Assembly (NCBI GenBank): GCA_964016885.1
Contig: OZ024765.1
Location: 6,324,001 to 6,388,000 of the forward strand
Origin: Eledone cirrhosa
Lineage: Eukaryota
DNA: 64,000 bases
Reading direction: 5' to 3'
Positions 44,490 through 59,303 of the stretch are shown in pieces. The notes beneath the pieces are model-generated. The model was not told the origin of the DNA. It saw nothing but the letters and a program-made list of their open reading frames with translations, and ran no database searches. The translations under genes and the position numbers were made by a program. How positions within the stretch are numbered: the stretch's first letter is position 1; the number at the start of each line of letters is the position of its first letter.

Positions 44490-45480
44490 GAAATCAATTA
44501 TTGAGATAGACACAAGCTTCAAAGGATGATCAACAAGTTCAGAGATACAGTCACACACAGCAGCCATAGTAACCAGGAACTTGTATGCTGGAACATTGTC
44601 CTGATGAGACAAGACCCATTTTGTCAGTTTTCCTGGGTGTTTCATTTTGATAGTCTTTCGTAGCTGTCTCAGCAAGTTTGTATAGTACTCTCCATTGATG
44701 GTGTGGCCCTTTTGAAGATAGTTAATAAACACAATGCTTTTGCATCGCAAAAACCCGAGGCCATCACCTTCCCTGTGGATGAAATGACCTTGGCCTTCTT
44801 TGGAGCAGGCGGGGAAGGGTGTTTCCACTGCATGGATTGACTCTTTGTCTCTGGCTCAAAGTGATGAACCCAATACTTATCTTGGGTTAGGAAATGTTCA
44901 AGGAAACCAGTTGGATCTGCTTCAAACGATGTCAGAGTTTCCTGGGATGTGATTAACCTGGTACACATTTGATCAGGTGTCAGAAGACAGGGCACCCACC
45001 TAGCAGAAACCTTCATCATGCCAAGTTCACTGTGTAGAATATTCTCAACTCTCGTGGGATATGCAAATAACATTGGCTATTTTATTTATAGTCAATCACC
45101 TGTCATCCATCACCATGTGGTAAACAGGATCAATGTTTTCCTCGGTGGTGGTGGTTGTAGGATGTCCACACCTTGGATCTTCTTCAAGACTCTCCCTTCC
45201 TCTCCTAAATTCAACTGCTCGCTTTTGCACTGTTGATAAAGCTGGAGCATCATCCCCTAATGTAGCAACCATGTCAGCGTGAATGTCCTTGAGGGCTGAA
45301 CCCTTTTTCTAACACCACTATGCCAAATTTTGTCCCATTTTCAAAAGAAGTTGTTTCTCCTTACATTTGAAGTCAGATGTCAGTTTACCTATAAAGAAAC
45401 AATGCAGTTATTAAGAAGAAGAGTTGAAATTAATACATACAAGATTTCACAGCTCTAGCATCACTCCTTTGTAGGCTGAC
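44490..45480 (-). pseudogene. Degenerate Tc1/mariner transposase (mariner-type)
   Basis: Frameshifted KVSARWVPCLLT...WVHHFEPETKSQSMQW...KVMAS and YLQKGHTINGEYYTNLLRQLRK...HQDNVPAY...ELVDHP. Related terminal fragments at 3434-3615 and 37965-38095. Confidence 0.9.
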
Positions 45481-45569
45481 CAAGACACTCTCATGGAATG
45501 ACCAAATGAGGTTTATTTTTCAACATAGTCCCTGGAAAAATGGTAGCACTGGTATCACCATAAAATACA

Positions 45570-46415
45570 CCCAGTATACTCTGTAAAGTATTTGGTGTTA
45601 GGAAGGGCATCCGGCCATAGAAACCATGCTCTGAGTATACTCTGTAAAGTATTTGGTGTTAGGAAGGGCATCCAGCTATAGAAACCATGCTCTGAGTATA
45701 CTCTGTAAAGTATTTGGTGTTAGGAAGGGCATCCAGCTATAGAAACCATGCTCTGAGTATACTCTGTAAAGTATTTGGTGTTAGGAAGGGCATCCAGCTA
45801 TAGAAACCATGCTCTGAGTATACTCTGTAAAGTATTTGGTGTTAGGAAGGGCATCCAGCTATAGAAACCATGCTCTAAGTATACTCTGTAAAGTATTTGG
45901 TGTTAGGAAGGGCATCCAGCCATAGAAACCATGCTCTGAATATACTCTGTAAGTGGTTGGTGTTAGGAAGGGCATCCAGCCATAGAAACCATGCTCTGAG
46001 TATACTCTGTAAAGTGGTTGGTGTTAGGAAGGGCATCCAGCCATAGAAACCATGCTCTGAGTATACTCTGTAAAGTGGTTGGTGTTAGGAAGGGCATCCA
46101 GCCATAGAAACCATGCTCTGAGTATACTCTGTAAAGTGGTTGGTGTTAGGAAGGGCATCCAGCCATAGAAACCATGCTCTGAGTATACTCTGTAAAGTGG
46201 TTGGTGTTAGGAAGGGCATCCAGCCATAGAAACCATGCTCTGAGTATACTCTGTAAAGTGGTTGGTGTTAGGAAGGGTATCCAGCCATAGAAACCATGCT
46301 CTGAGTATACTCTGTAAAGTGGTTGGTGTTAGGAAGGGCATCCAGCCATAGAAACTGTACTCCCAGTACATCACTGCTAAGTAGTTGGTGTTAGGAAGGG
46401 CATCCACCCATAGAA
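45570..46415 (+). repeat. 61-bp minisatellite, ~13 copies
   Basis: Unit atactctgtaaagtggttggtgttaggaagggcatccagccatagaaaccatgctctgagt, followed by a SINE tail. Confidence 0.95.
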
Positions 46416-47637
46416 ATCAAGCCAAACCAAAGCATATGAGCAGGATCTAGTGACCTGACCAGTCAGGCCTCAGTATATGACGGTTATCTAACCCATGCTA
46501 GCATAGGAAACAGACATTAAAATGTGATGCCTGCCTCTCACACTACACAGTCCACCTCTGCCCTCACTCTGTTGCTGCAAATAAATTTATTTTTCATAAC
46601 TTCTGTTTTTGATGTCTTATTTGTTTTTTATTGTCATCACCTTCATAACCATCATCATCACTATGACCACTGCCACCACCATCAGCAGCATCACTTCTAA
46701 CACCACCACACGTGTGTGTATATATATATATATATATATTCGCGAATGGAGGCACATGGCTTAGTGGTTAGAGCATTGGCCTTGCAATCGAAAGGTTGTG
46801 AGTTCAATTCTCAGACCGGGTGATGCGTTGTTTCCTTGAGTAAGACACTTTATTTCACATTGCTCCAGTTTACTCAGCTGTAGAAATGAGATGATAGGGA
46901 CTGGGGTCCCTATCATTCCACTGCAAAGTGGTCGTGGAGGTGCCACGGCAAAAAAGCACCCAGCACTCACTGTAAATGAGGTTGGTGTTAGGAAGGGCAT
47001 CCAGCTGTAGAAATCAAGCCAGAACCAGTTCCCGTCCCACCCTTGCAAGCAGGGAAAAGTGGATGTAAAATGAAATGATGATGACTTCAAAAGCATTCTA
47101 ATAAATATTGATGGTACAGGTTATCAAAGTGCGTATATATATGATGCGAGTGTGTGTATGTGTAATGTATATATATGTATGAATTTATATATATGTATAT
47201 ATAATGTGTGTATGTATATATATATATCTATGTATACATTTATATATATGTATATATAATGTGTGTATGTATATATATATATCTATGTATACATATATGT
47301 ATGTATATATATACGGATGTATATGTTTGTATATATATATATATATATATACATACATATATGTATGTGTGTATATATATTTGTTTATCTATATATATAC
47401 ATATATGTATGTGTATATATATGTATATATATATATACATATATGTATGTGTATATATACATATATATGTGTATATATTATATATATATATACACATATA
47501 TATATATATATACATATATGTGTATATATATATATATATTATATATATATATACACATATATATATACATATATATGTGTATATATATATATATATTATA
47601 TATATATATACACACATATATATATATATATACACAC

Positions 47638-47668
<31 letters not shown>

Positions 47669-47771
47669 TATATATATATATATACACACATATATATATA
47701 TACACACATACATATATATATATACACACATGCATATATATATACATACATATATACATACACATTTATAT

Positions 47772-47805
<34 letters not shown>

Positions 47806-48007
47806 TGCTAGAACGTTTTTAACACAGTTTAGTGTTTGTGTGACAGACGGAAAGAAAGCGATTACAGTTATTATATTATATATATTATTAATATTGTTTA
47901 ACAAATAAGATAATCATCATCACCATCATCAGCAGTACCACCATTATCATTATTATTATTATTATTATTGGGGGGCGTGCGTGGCGTCTCCTTTGTTTTC
48001 TGTCTTT

Positions 48008-48892
48008 TTAACTACTCACATCGGTGAAAGACATGTCAGATTGAGTTCTGCTGCCAGGGGCGACCGGGTCGTCCCAGATACTCTGGGGGACAACATGGGA
48101 CTCGTTCACCGTCTCAAGGTATGTACCACAGGTGAGATCCGAGCAGTCGTTGTTATCGCCAATATTGAGGTCTTTAATCAATCTGCCCAGTCTCATACTA
48201 CTGTAGTCGTTCCCAGAACCTAACCATTCGTGTTGGAAATGGTCCACCGTTGTCCAGACCGGTTTTTCTACAAGATCAAACATGGTACCCTCCGTCAGGC
48301 TACTAGAATACGAAAACATTTTGTTTTTTTGTGACAGCTGTAACATTTTCAATCTGATCTCTTGTCGTTTTTTCTCTTTCGCTAATATTTTCACTTCTTC
48401 TTCGGCATCATATTCTGAATCTATGTCTATAGCTATTCCTTCCATTTGTTGTCGTTGTCGTTGTTGTTGTTGCTGTTGTTGTTGGTCTTTCTTCTTCTTC
48501 TTCTTTAGTTCTTCAACTCTGAGAGAGGGAAATGGGTGGCGAAGTGTCGGCGGCAAGACTTTCTGTTGTGATGGTGTCGGCTGTTGTTTGATTACCGAAG
48601 CTAAACGTTCGAAATATGGCTGATGTTGTAGACTTGAAGAAGGAGGCGGTGGCGATGTTTCGCTGAACAAAACTTTATTAATCGGTCTGTAGTTGAGTTT
48701 GTCGGCCGAATAAGACTTCTTACTGTCCAGTATGGTGCCCAGAATTAATTCAGAGCCCCACAGAGTGTTTTTAGGCATTGGATGTCGTATGGCGTGCATT
48801 TTACCCCACTGGGTATCGTAAAAACAACCATCAATAATCTCGGCACTATCTTCGTCTTCGGAAAACTCTATAAGTCCAACGTTCTTTTCCAT
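48008..48892 (-). CDS. Uncharacterised ~294-aa protein (acidic, poly-K/poly-Q, Pro/Ser-rich); possibly the first exon of a spliced gene
   Basis: Only long complex non-repeat ORF in the window. It is CpG-rich, starts at ATG 48892 (MEKNVGLIEFSED) and has a perfect gtgagt donor at 48019 just before the stop. I do not recognise the family. Confidence 0.7.
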   Translation of the reverse strand: MEKNVGLIEFSEDEDSAEIIDGCFYDTQWGKMHAIRHPMPKNTLWGSELILGTILDSKKSYSADKLNYRPINKVLFSETSPPPPSSSLQHQPYFERLASVIKQQPTPSQQKVLPPTLRHPFPSLRVEELKKKKKKDQQQQQQQQRQRQQMEGIAIDIDSEYDAEEEVKILAKEKKRQEIRLKMLQLSQKNKMFSYSSSLTEGTMFDLVEKPVWTTVDHFQHEWLGSGNDYSSMRLGRLIKDLNIGDNNDCSDLTCGTYLETVNESHVVPQSIWDDPVAPGSRTQSDMSFTDVSS

Positions 48893-49231
48893 AATTTCTC
48901 TCTTCAATCTCTGCTGCAACTCCCGATAAATAAACACTCTTATTTTTATTGTTTGGTCAACGTTGTTGTCGTATTTTGAATTTTTTTTTTCCTTATTTTT
49001 TCTCCCCGATTTTTTTGATTTTTTTTATTTCTCCCTATTTTTCTTAAAACAAAAATGTATTATTTTCCTTTAAAAAAAAAAGTAATATTTTTCGGCTGGA
49101 AACAAACAAATAAAAAAATAGAAATTTAAAAAGTTTTTTTTTTCGATTTAAAAAAAAGAAGTATTTTAGTTGTTTTTTTTTTCTCTCTTTTCCAAAAGAA
49201 AAGGTCCCAGCGTTGCTGAGATCGCTTCTTA

Positions 49232-49250
49232 GAACGCCATCTGGTGGTCA
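49232..49250 (-). promoter_or_regulatory. CTCF-like binding motif in a CpG-rich promoter-like region
   Basis: TGACCACCAGATGGCGTTC matches the CCASYAGRKGGCR consensus, about 340 bp upstream of the orphan ORF. Confidence 0.55.
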
Positions 49251-51771
49251 TTCAACGGACACAAACACACGAAAGGTCCGACGATCATTTGATTACAGAG
49301 TCGGTTTAGATCGATACAGATCGAATCTTGAACTAATCAATAGCGAAACGCGCGTCACCTACCGATAAACGTAATGCAGGCACAACCACTCGTCCTTGTC
49401 TTATTTATTTTATATATATATATATATATTTATAGGCGGTGTCCCAAAAATGTATACACAAAAAAATCTTTTAAAAATGTATTAAAATAAATTCTGTTTT
49501 ATATTATTTATAATATAAGTTCAAATCTCGCTGAGGTTGACTTTGTCTTTCATCCTTACGGGGTCTATAAAATAAAGTACCAGTAATGTACTGAGTAATT
49601 GCTGGCCTTGTGGCAAAAGTAGAAACAATTATTTAAATCATGTAAACATTATTGGGTGTTAACATACAATATTAAGGGTTTGTATCACGGAAATACTAAA
49701 TTTAAAGGTTCTTAATAAGTCTCTCAGTAATATTTTGGATGTGTATCGTGGAAATATCAATTACTGTGTGCACCCTATTATGAGACAGGTCTTATATTAT
49801 TTCCCCCTAAAAAAAAAGGGAGTAATATGGATTATTTTCAGAATAGGGCTCATATCTTTACAATACACAGATGTCAAATTAAATTGTCGAGTTAAAAACA
49901 ATATCATTAAAAGAATGTATTACATTAGAACTCAGCAAGGGCTTATTTATAGAGTAGGTCTTATAATGGGGAAAACAGGTATAAATTTATATGTAAAACT
50001 GATCGTCTGCGTGAATTCTGAGGAAAAATAAAGGGAGGTAATTCAACACGATTGCTTTTTCAATCTAAGGGAGATAATACAAAATTATGGCTGCGAATTT
50101 TGGAAGAATAGAACTGCCAGTTGTATAGACGCTAAATTCTTAAAGAGTTTCCTACACAGTCATGAAGGTCCGGTTTCTATTCTGCTGTGTGGCATCATGA
50201 ATAAAGTCTTTTAACATACCCTCAGATTTACCTACAAAGACTTGAAAGTGTAAGACATGGTAATGCTGGTGCCACGATAAAATACACACAGTACACTTTG
50301 TAAAATGGTAGTGATGGTAACCTGATAAGAAAACACCCAGTACACCCTGTAAAATGGTAGTTTTGGTTTCATGGTAGAAAGCACCCAGTACACCTTATAA
50401 GATTTGTAGTGCTAGTAACCTGATAAAAAGCACCCAGTACACCCTGTAAAGTGGTAGTGCTGCTGTCATGATAAAAAGTACCCAGTACACTCTGTAAAAT
50501 GGTAGTGCTGGTGTCAATAGAATGCACCCAGTACATTCTGTAAAGTAGTAGTGCCGGTGTCAATAGAATGCACCCAGTACAGTCTGTAAGGTTGTAATAC
50601 TGGTGTCAATAAAATACACCCAATACACTCTGTAAGGTAAAAGTGCTGGTGTCATGGTAAAATACACCCAGTACACTCTAAAACATGGTAGTGCCTGTGT
50701 CAGCATAAAATACACCCAATACACTTTGTAAGATGGTAATTCTGGTTTCACGGTAAAAAGTACCCAATACACCTTATAAGACGGTAGTGATGGTAACCTG
50801 ATAAAAAGCACCCAGTACACCCTGTAAAATGGTAGTATTTGTGTCAATAGAACCCACCCAGTACACTCTATAAAGTAGTAGAGCTGGTGTCAATAGAATG
50901 CACCCAGTACACTCTGTAAAGTGGTAGTGCTGGTGACATGATAAAATACACTCTGTAAGATGATAGTGCTACTGTCATGGTAAAAAGCACCCAGTCCTTT
51001 TTGTAAGGTGTTAGGAAAGGTATCCAGCCATAGAAACCATGCTCCCAGTAAACACTGAAATGTGGTTGGTGTTAAGAAGGGCATTCAACTGTAGAAATCA
51101 TGCCTAGTACACATGAAATAAAGTGTTTTGCTGGAGGACACAATGGACTGGAGCAACACAAAATAAAGTGTCTTGCTCAAAGATACAATGGAGTGGAGCA
51201 ACATGATACAAAATCTCTTGCTGAAGGACATGGTGGACTGGAACAACATGAAATAAAGTGTCTTGCTCAAGGTCACGGTGGACTGGAGTAATGCGAAATA
51301 AAATGTCTTGCTGAAAGAAGTCACCCGTTGCTGAAAATTGAACTTACAACTTTGTTTTTGTTAATTGAATAGCAGTGTCTGAGCATGATCTTAGCTCATG
51401 AATGAACACATAAAAGATTAATACAAGTATTATGAGTCCTTAACTGTTGATGGAGTCCTAGGGATGCTCTAGTGACATAACTGGGCATTTACCAGGATGT
51501 GAGTTTTGATACATAGAATTGATAATATTACTGTAATTCATTGTGTTTGTGTTTTCATTTGTTGAGAGATCAGTTAGGCTTCTGTTACTGATATGGTACT
51601 TTGGATTCTAGCTTGAATTTCAAGCCCTTAAAACTAGTATCTATCTAATAGTCGGCCCCATAAATTTAAGCTTAAAAATATTTGACTTAACTTGGTATAT
51701 ATTATATACAGGTTATGGCTGGTTTGAACAAAAAGAATTGAAAGAAATCTGACCAGATACAGCCAGTTTAA

Positions 51772-52105
51772 CCCTTTAGCATTTACATTACTCTTATTTA
51801 CTATGTATTTTCACAGTAAAGGCTTTATCTCAATATGGAATCTATAAGATTTTGATATTATTTATTTTGAGAACATTACCTTAACCCTTTAACATTTAAA
51901 CCAGCCATATCCGGCCAGAATTCCCTCACTTCTTTCTGTTCAAGCTGGCTGTAACTGGCCGCTCATATTGATGTTAAGGTATTGTTCTCAAAATAAATAA
52001 CATCAAAATCCCATAGATTCAATATTATGTGAGATAATTATGTAAGGTAAAGCCTTTACCACAAAAATACAATAGTATATATAGAGTAATGTAAATGCTA
52101 AAGGG
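51772..52105. mobile_element. piggyBac-like MITE
   Basis: Structure TTAA-ccctttagcatttacattactc ... gagtaatgtaaatgctaaaggg-TTAA. Related pieces at 40486-40540, 40975-41580 and 29800-30590. Confidence 0.65.
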
Positions 52106-52467
52106 TTAATGTCAATATAAACAGCTGGTTACGGCTGGTTTGAACAGAAAGAAATCTGGCTGGATACAGCCGGTTTAAATGCTAAAGTGTTAAACTGTAA
52201 TATAGATGTTCTGTTGTTTTTTTTAACTGGAGATAAAATAGAGAAAACTTAAATGAGATTAACCAAACTTTTTACTGATAAGATTAAATGTATACAAAAT
52301 CTATTTATAATAAACTGGACTGAATAATAAGTATGGGTGTGTACATGTGTATATTTATGTGTGTATATGGATATATATGTGTACGTGTGTATATATGTGT
52401 GTATACATGTATGTATATATGTGTGTGTGTGTGTGTGTACATGTGTGTATTTACATGTGTATGCATG

Positions 52468-52500
<33 letters not shown>

Positions 52501-52585
52501 GTGTGTGCTTATATATCTGTATTTGTGTGTATGTGTCTAACCCATGCTAGCGTGGAAAATGGGCATTAGACGATGATGATGATGA

Positions 52586-52685
<100 letters not shown>

Positions 52686-52720
52686 TATCTACATATATGT
52701 TATCTCTCTCTCTCTATATA

Positions 52721-52781
<61 letters not shown>

Positions 52782-53176
52782 TATATACATGTTATCTATC
52801 CATATATGTGCATGCATGTGAATTATTTATGCTTTCATTTTTATGTACTCTTAAAATGACAACACCATGGGTGGTTGTATGAGTGGTGGTAGTGGTAGTA
52901 GTAGTGGTGGTGGTGGTGGTGGTGGTGGTGGTGGTGGCGGTGGTGGTGGTAGTGGTAGTAGTAGTGGTGGTGGTAGTGGTAGTAGTAGTAGTAGTAGTGG
53001 TAGTGGTGGTTATGGCGGTGGTAGTAGTAGTGGTGGTGGTGGTGGTGGTGGTGGTGGTAGCGGTAGCAGTAGTAGTAGTAGTGGTGGTGGTGGCGGCGGT
53101 GGTGGTAGTGGTAGTAGTAGTAGTGGTGGTGGTGGCGGTAGTAGTAGTAGTAGTAGTTGAAGTAGTAGTAATAGTG

Positions 53177-53217
<41 letters not shown>

Positions 53218-53218
53218 G

Positions 53219-53259
<41 letters not shown>

Positions 53260-54129
53260 GGTGGCGGTAGCGGTAGTAGTAGTAGTAGTAGATGAAGTAG
53301 TAGTAATAGTGGTGGTGGTGGTAGTAGTAGTAGTAGTAGTGGTGGTGGTGGTGGTGGTGGTGGCAGTGGTAGTAGTAGTAGTAGTAGTTGTTGTTGTAGT
53401 GGAAGTAGTAGTAATAGTGGTGGTGGTGGTAGTAGTAGTAGTAGTTGTAGTAGGTGTAGAAATGATAATCTTGGTGATGTGTTGTAGTGCTGGTGGTGGT
53501 GTGAGTGGTGGTGGTGGTATAGGTGGTGTTTATAATCTCACCTACAATAAATTATGACAATAGCCATCTCTTAACATCAACAACAACAACTACAACATCA
53601 ACACCAATCACGAAACCATGAAACACCACCACATCAACAACAACAACAAACATGATTCTATGTGGAGTTAAATAATATACCAGGTGAGTGTATATAATAT
53701 ATAGTTTGTGATATATATATATACATCATCATCATCATCATCATCACCGTTTTACATCTGTTCTTCCACACTAGCATGGGTTAGACGGGTTGTCCTGTTG
53801 TGGGCAGTGTCTGGTAGGCTGACCTTGTCGTGCTCATACGGGAACTGATTCTGGCTTGATTTCTACAGCTGGATGCCCTTCCTAACACCAACCTCATTTA
53901 CAGTGTGGGCTGGGTGCTTTTTTTCTGTGGCACCTACACGACCACCTTGCAGTGGAATGATAGGGACCCCAGTCCCTATCATCTCATTTCTACAGCTGAG
54001 TAAACTGGAGCAATGTGAAATAAAGTGTCTTGCTCAAGGAAACAACACATCACCCGGTCTGAGAATTGAACTCACAACCTTTCGATTGCAAGGCCAATGC
54101 TCTATCCGCTAAGCCATGTGCCTCGGCTT

Positions 54130-54311
<182 letters not shown>

Positions 54312-54312
54312 T

Positions 54313-54465
54313 ATATAGAAATGGCTTCTACAGGACTAGAACTGTTTCATTCAAATGAAATAGTTCTAGTCCCGTAGAAGCCATTTCTATATTAAATATT
54401 TATACTCTGCTATGTATTGAGTACCTTACTTACTGTGGTTACCCCTGATTGAACCCAGGATACAC
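54313..54465. mobile_element. Palindromic element (family F)
   Basis: Hairpin tagaaatggcttctacaggactagaactgtttcat...atgaaatagttctagtcccgtagaagccatttcta plus tail. Second copy at 43635-43786 in the opposite orientation. Confidence 0.6.
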
Positions 54466-54474
54466 ATACACTCG

Positions 54475-54516
<42 letters not shown>

Positions 54517-54809
54517 TACATATATTAAGACCCTCTTCCTGCTATATCAAGCATTAACCTCATATATCCCTTCCATATACTCTACCGATTGTGTTGTTAT
54601 TTCTGTTTACCTTTTACATACATACACACACATATATACACACATACACATACACACACACACATATATATACACATACACACACACACATATATATATA
54701 TAAATATATACACAGTCATGAAGCTATATATAAAAACATGGTCAAGCTAATCCTAATCCAAAGATAAATTAATCTACCACTGGTGTCACCCCCCAGCTCT
54801 CTCTCCCTA

Positions 54810-55013
54810 TCTATTTATCTATCTCCTGTGTCCCCCTCTCTTTAAATATATGTATGTGTGTGTGTATATATATATATATATACATATTTATCTATCTCCT
54901 GTGTCCCCCTCTCTCTAAATATATGTATGTGTGTGTATATATATATATATATATATGTATGTATATACATACATATTTATCTATCTCCTGTTTCCCCCTT
55001 CTCTCTAAATATA

Positions 55014-55059
<46 letters not shown>

Positions 55060-55184
55060 CATACATATTTATCTATCTCCTGTTTCCCTCTTCTCTCTAA
55101 ATATATGTATGTGTGTGTATATATATATATATATATGTATATACATACATATTTATCTATCTCCTGTTTCCCTCTTCTCTCTAA

Positions 55185-55231
<47 letters not shown>

Positions 55232-56213
55232 CATACATATTTATCTATCTCCTGTGTCCCCCTCTCTCTAAATACATGTATGTGTGTGTGTATATATATA
55301 TATATATATGTATATACATACATATTTATCTATCTCCTGTTTCCCTCTTCTCTCTAAATATATGTATGTGTGTGTATATATATATATATATATGTATATG
55401 TATATACATACATATTTATCTATCTCCTGTTTGCCCCTTCTCTCTAAATATATGTATGTGTGTGTATATATATATATATATGTATATACATACATATTTA
55501 TCTATCTCCTGTTTCCCCCTCTCTCTAAATATATGTATGTGTGTGTATATATATATATATATATGTATGTATATACATACATATTTATCTATCTCCTGTT
55601 TCCCCCTTCTCTCTAAATATATGTATGTGTGTGTATATATATATATATATATATGTATATACATACATATTTATCTATCTCCTGTTTCCCCCTTCTCTCT
55701 AAATATATGTATGTGTGTGTATATATATATATATATATATGTATATACATACATATTTATCTATCTCCTGTTTGCCCCTTCTCTCTAAATATATGTATGT
55801 GTGTGTATATATATATATATATGTATATACATACATATTTATCTAACTCCTGTTTGCCCCTTCTCTCTAAATATATGTATGTGTGTGTATATATATATAT
55901 ATATATATGTATATACATACATATTTATCTATCTCCTGTTTCCCCCTTCTCTCTAAATATATGTATGTGTGTGTATATATATATATATATATATGTATAT
56001 ACATACATATTTATCTATCTCCTGTTTCCCTCTTCTCTCTATATATATGTATGTGTGTGTATATATATATATATACATACATATTTATCTATCTCCTGTT
56101 TCCCTCTTCTCTCTATATATATGTATGTGTGTGTATATATATATATATACATATACATACATATTTATCTATCTCCTGTTTCCCTCTTCTCTCTATATAT
56201 ATGTATGTGTGTG
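54810..56213 (+). repeat. ~85-95-bp compound minisatellite with variable (TG)/(TA) tracts
   Basis: atttatctatctcctgtttcccccttctctctaaatatatgtatg repeated about 16 times. Confidence 0.9.
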
Positions 56214-56259
56214 TCATTTCATTCATTTTACGTCCACTTTTCCCTGCTTGCAAGGGTGG

Positions 56260-56294
<35 letters not shown>

Positions 56295-56958
56295 CATATA
56301 AATATATATATATTTATTTTATTTCTCGCTCTAGCACAGCTGATATATATGTAAGTATGCATGCGTACACACATATATAGTCACACAGACACATGTATAC
56401 AGACACACATATACCATCAACATCATCATCGATTAAAGTCTATCTTCCATGCTAGCATGGGTTAGACAGGTCCTATTTAGAGGCAAGTTGGGTCAAGTGA
56501 CTGTGTCTCGCTCATATAGGGGTGTTTCTGGCTGGTTTTCTACGGCTGGATGCCCTTCCTAACGCCAACCAGATTGACAGTGTGGGCTGGGTGCTTCTTG
56601 CTGTGTCTTTTAACTCTATGCTGCAAAGCATGGCGTCTGACCCTCCACCAATACTGTCAATCACTACAACAGAAGTCTGACAAACTTTTGATTCCACAGT
56701 CAAGCCAGATCAATATATATATATATATATATATATGTGTATGATTCCACAGTCAGGCCAGATCAATGCAGATCGAAACTTGAGCTGAACAACACACAAC
56801 CCAGTCCAGGAATTGAACCCAGTATATTATGGTTGTAAATCCAACACCCTTACCACTAGGCCACACGCTCCCATATATATATATATGGAGGCACATGACA
56901 TATATATATAACTATATATATATATATATATATATATAGAACTATATATATATATATA

Positions 56959-57054
<96 letters not shown>

Positions 57055-57222
57055 ACTATATATATATATATATATAACTATATATATATATATATATATA
57101 TATAACTATATATATATATATATATATAACTATATATATATATATATATATAACTATATATATATATATATATATAACTATATATATATATATATATATA
57201 ACTATATATATATATATATATA

Positions 57223-57297
<75 letters not shown>

Positions 57298-57349
57298 ATG
57301 TATGTATATATATGTATATATATATATCTCTGGGCGTCAACGAAAGCCT

Positions 57350-57396
<47 letters not shown>

Positions 57397-57463
57397 GTAT
57401 ATATATATATATACATATATATACATATATATACATATATATACATATATATGTATATATATG

Positions 57464-57500
<37 letters not shown>

Positions 57501-58964
57501 GTATATATATGTATATATATGTATATATATATATACACCAGTATGTTAAGAAAGGTGGATTATTGTAACTCTGTATTCCTCTCATTGACATTTAACAACA
57601 GTTGCTATTTCTGATCCGGACAGACGGAGATATTTTAGTTGACCCCACTGGTCATCTCTGTGTAGATTTACACATACACACTACACACACATATATATGC
57701 TACACACACATATACACAGTGCACACACATATATATGCTACCCACACATATACACAGTACATTCACATATATATGCTACACACACATATACACAGTACAT
57801 ACACATATATATGCTACACACACATATACACAGTACACACACATATATATGCTACACACACATATACACAGTACATACACATATATATGCTACCCACACA
57901 TATACACAGTACATACACATATATATGCTACACACACATATACACAGTACACACACATATATATGCTACACACACATATACACAGTACACACACATATAT
58001 ATGCTACACACACATATACACAGTACATACACATATATATGCTACACACACATATACACAGTACATACACATATATATGCTACACACACATATACACAGT
58101 ACACACACATATATATGCTACACACACACACATATATACACACACACACACATATATGCTACACACACACATATATATGCTACACACACACATATATATG
58201 CTACACACACACACATATATATATACTACACGCACACACATATATACACACACACACATATATATGCTACACACACACATATATATGCTACACACACACA
58301 CATATATATATACTACACGCACACACATATATACACACACACACATATATATGCTACACACACACACACACACACATATATATGCTACACACACACTACA
58401 GACACTACACACATACATGCAGTTATTAAGAAGAGTGGATTAACAGCAGACTCGGTAGAGTGCCAGACACCATGCTTTGCTGCATAGAGTTATCTCCCTT
58501 TACATTCTGAGTTCCAATCCCGCCAAGGTTAACTTTGCCTTTCATCCTTATGGCAAAATGGTTAAGGGGCTTTGCTTTGCAATCATTAGGTTCCCAAATT
58601 TGATAAGCTATATATTCCAGAGTTTGGCCTGATCACTACTGATTGTACCTTGAGCCGATTGATCATGAAACACATGTCACGTGTGACTAAACATATTGAT
58701 GTTATATTGCTCCTTATTATTATTAATGTATATAAAGAAACTATTATTGTTGGATTGGCAGTATCAGTAGAGGGTCAGACGCCATGCTTTGCAGCACAGA
58801 GTTACGGCCCTTTGTGCAGCACAGAGTTACGGCCCTTTATGGTCTGAGTTCAAATCCCACCGAGGTTAACTTTGACTTTCATCCTTACGGGGTCGATAAA
58901 ATAAAGTACCAGTAATACACTGGGATAATTGCTGGCCTTGTGCCAAAAGTAGAAACAACTATTG

Positions 58965-59033
<69 letters not shown>

Positions 59034-59185
59034 TAGGATTGGTGCTCTGAAATGGTGAATATAAATGAATGTATGTATAGTATAGTTGGCAATATACCGT
59101 ATGTTTAATTAAAAACATTTAGAAGACCATATGCTATCAGTTTTAAAGTGTTGACTATCTCACTTTCGGTGAGAGAAGGAAGAGA

Positions 59186-59227
59186 AGCTGACAGTCTGTT
59201 TCACACTAGTTGGTGTTCATCAGAGCC
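59186..59227 (-). ncRNA. Consensus type-I hammerhead ribozyme motif
   Basis: Reads ggct CTGATGA acac caacta gtgt GAAA cag a ctG TC agct. Perfect core, GUC cleavage site, and all three stems pair. Confidence 0.78.
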
Positions 59228-59303
59228 ACGTACTCCTCTGTTTTCACCGAAATATATATATATATATGATGGCAACTCTGCTAAGAGTATTGCCAGCCAC
59301 ATG

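Noticed and set aside
48020-48200. Faint resemblance of LIKDLNI...APGSRTQSDMSF to FAM53-family motifs
   Set aside because: From memory only; spacing differs and key residues are missing, so it cannot be supported without an HMM search.
52867-53557. Gly/Ser-rich and poly-Val ORFs (also 21071-21757 and 63050-64000)
   Set aside because: Trinucleotide (GGT/AGT/CAC) repeats.
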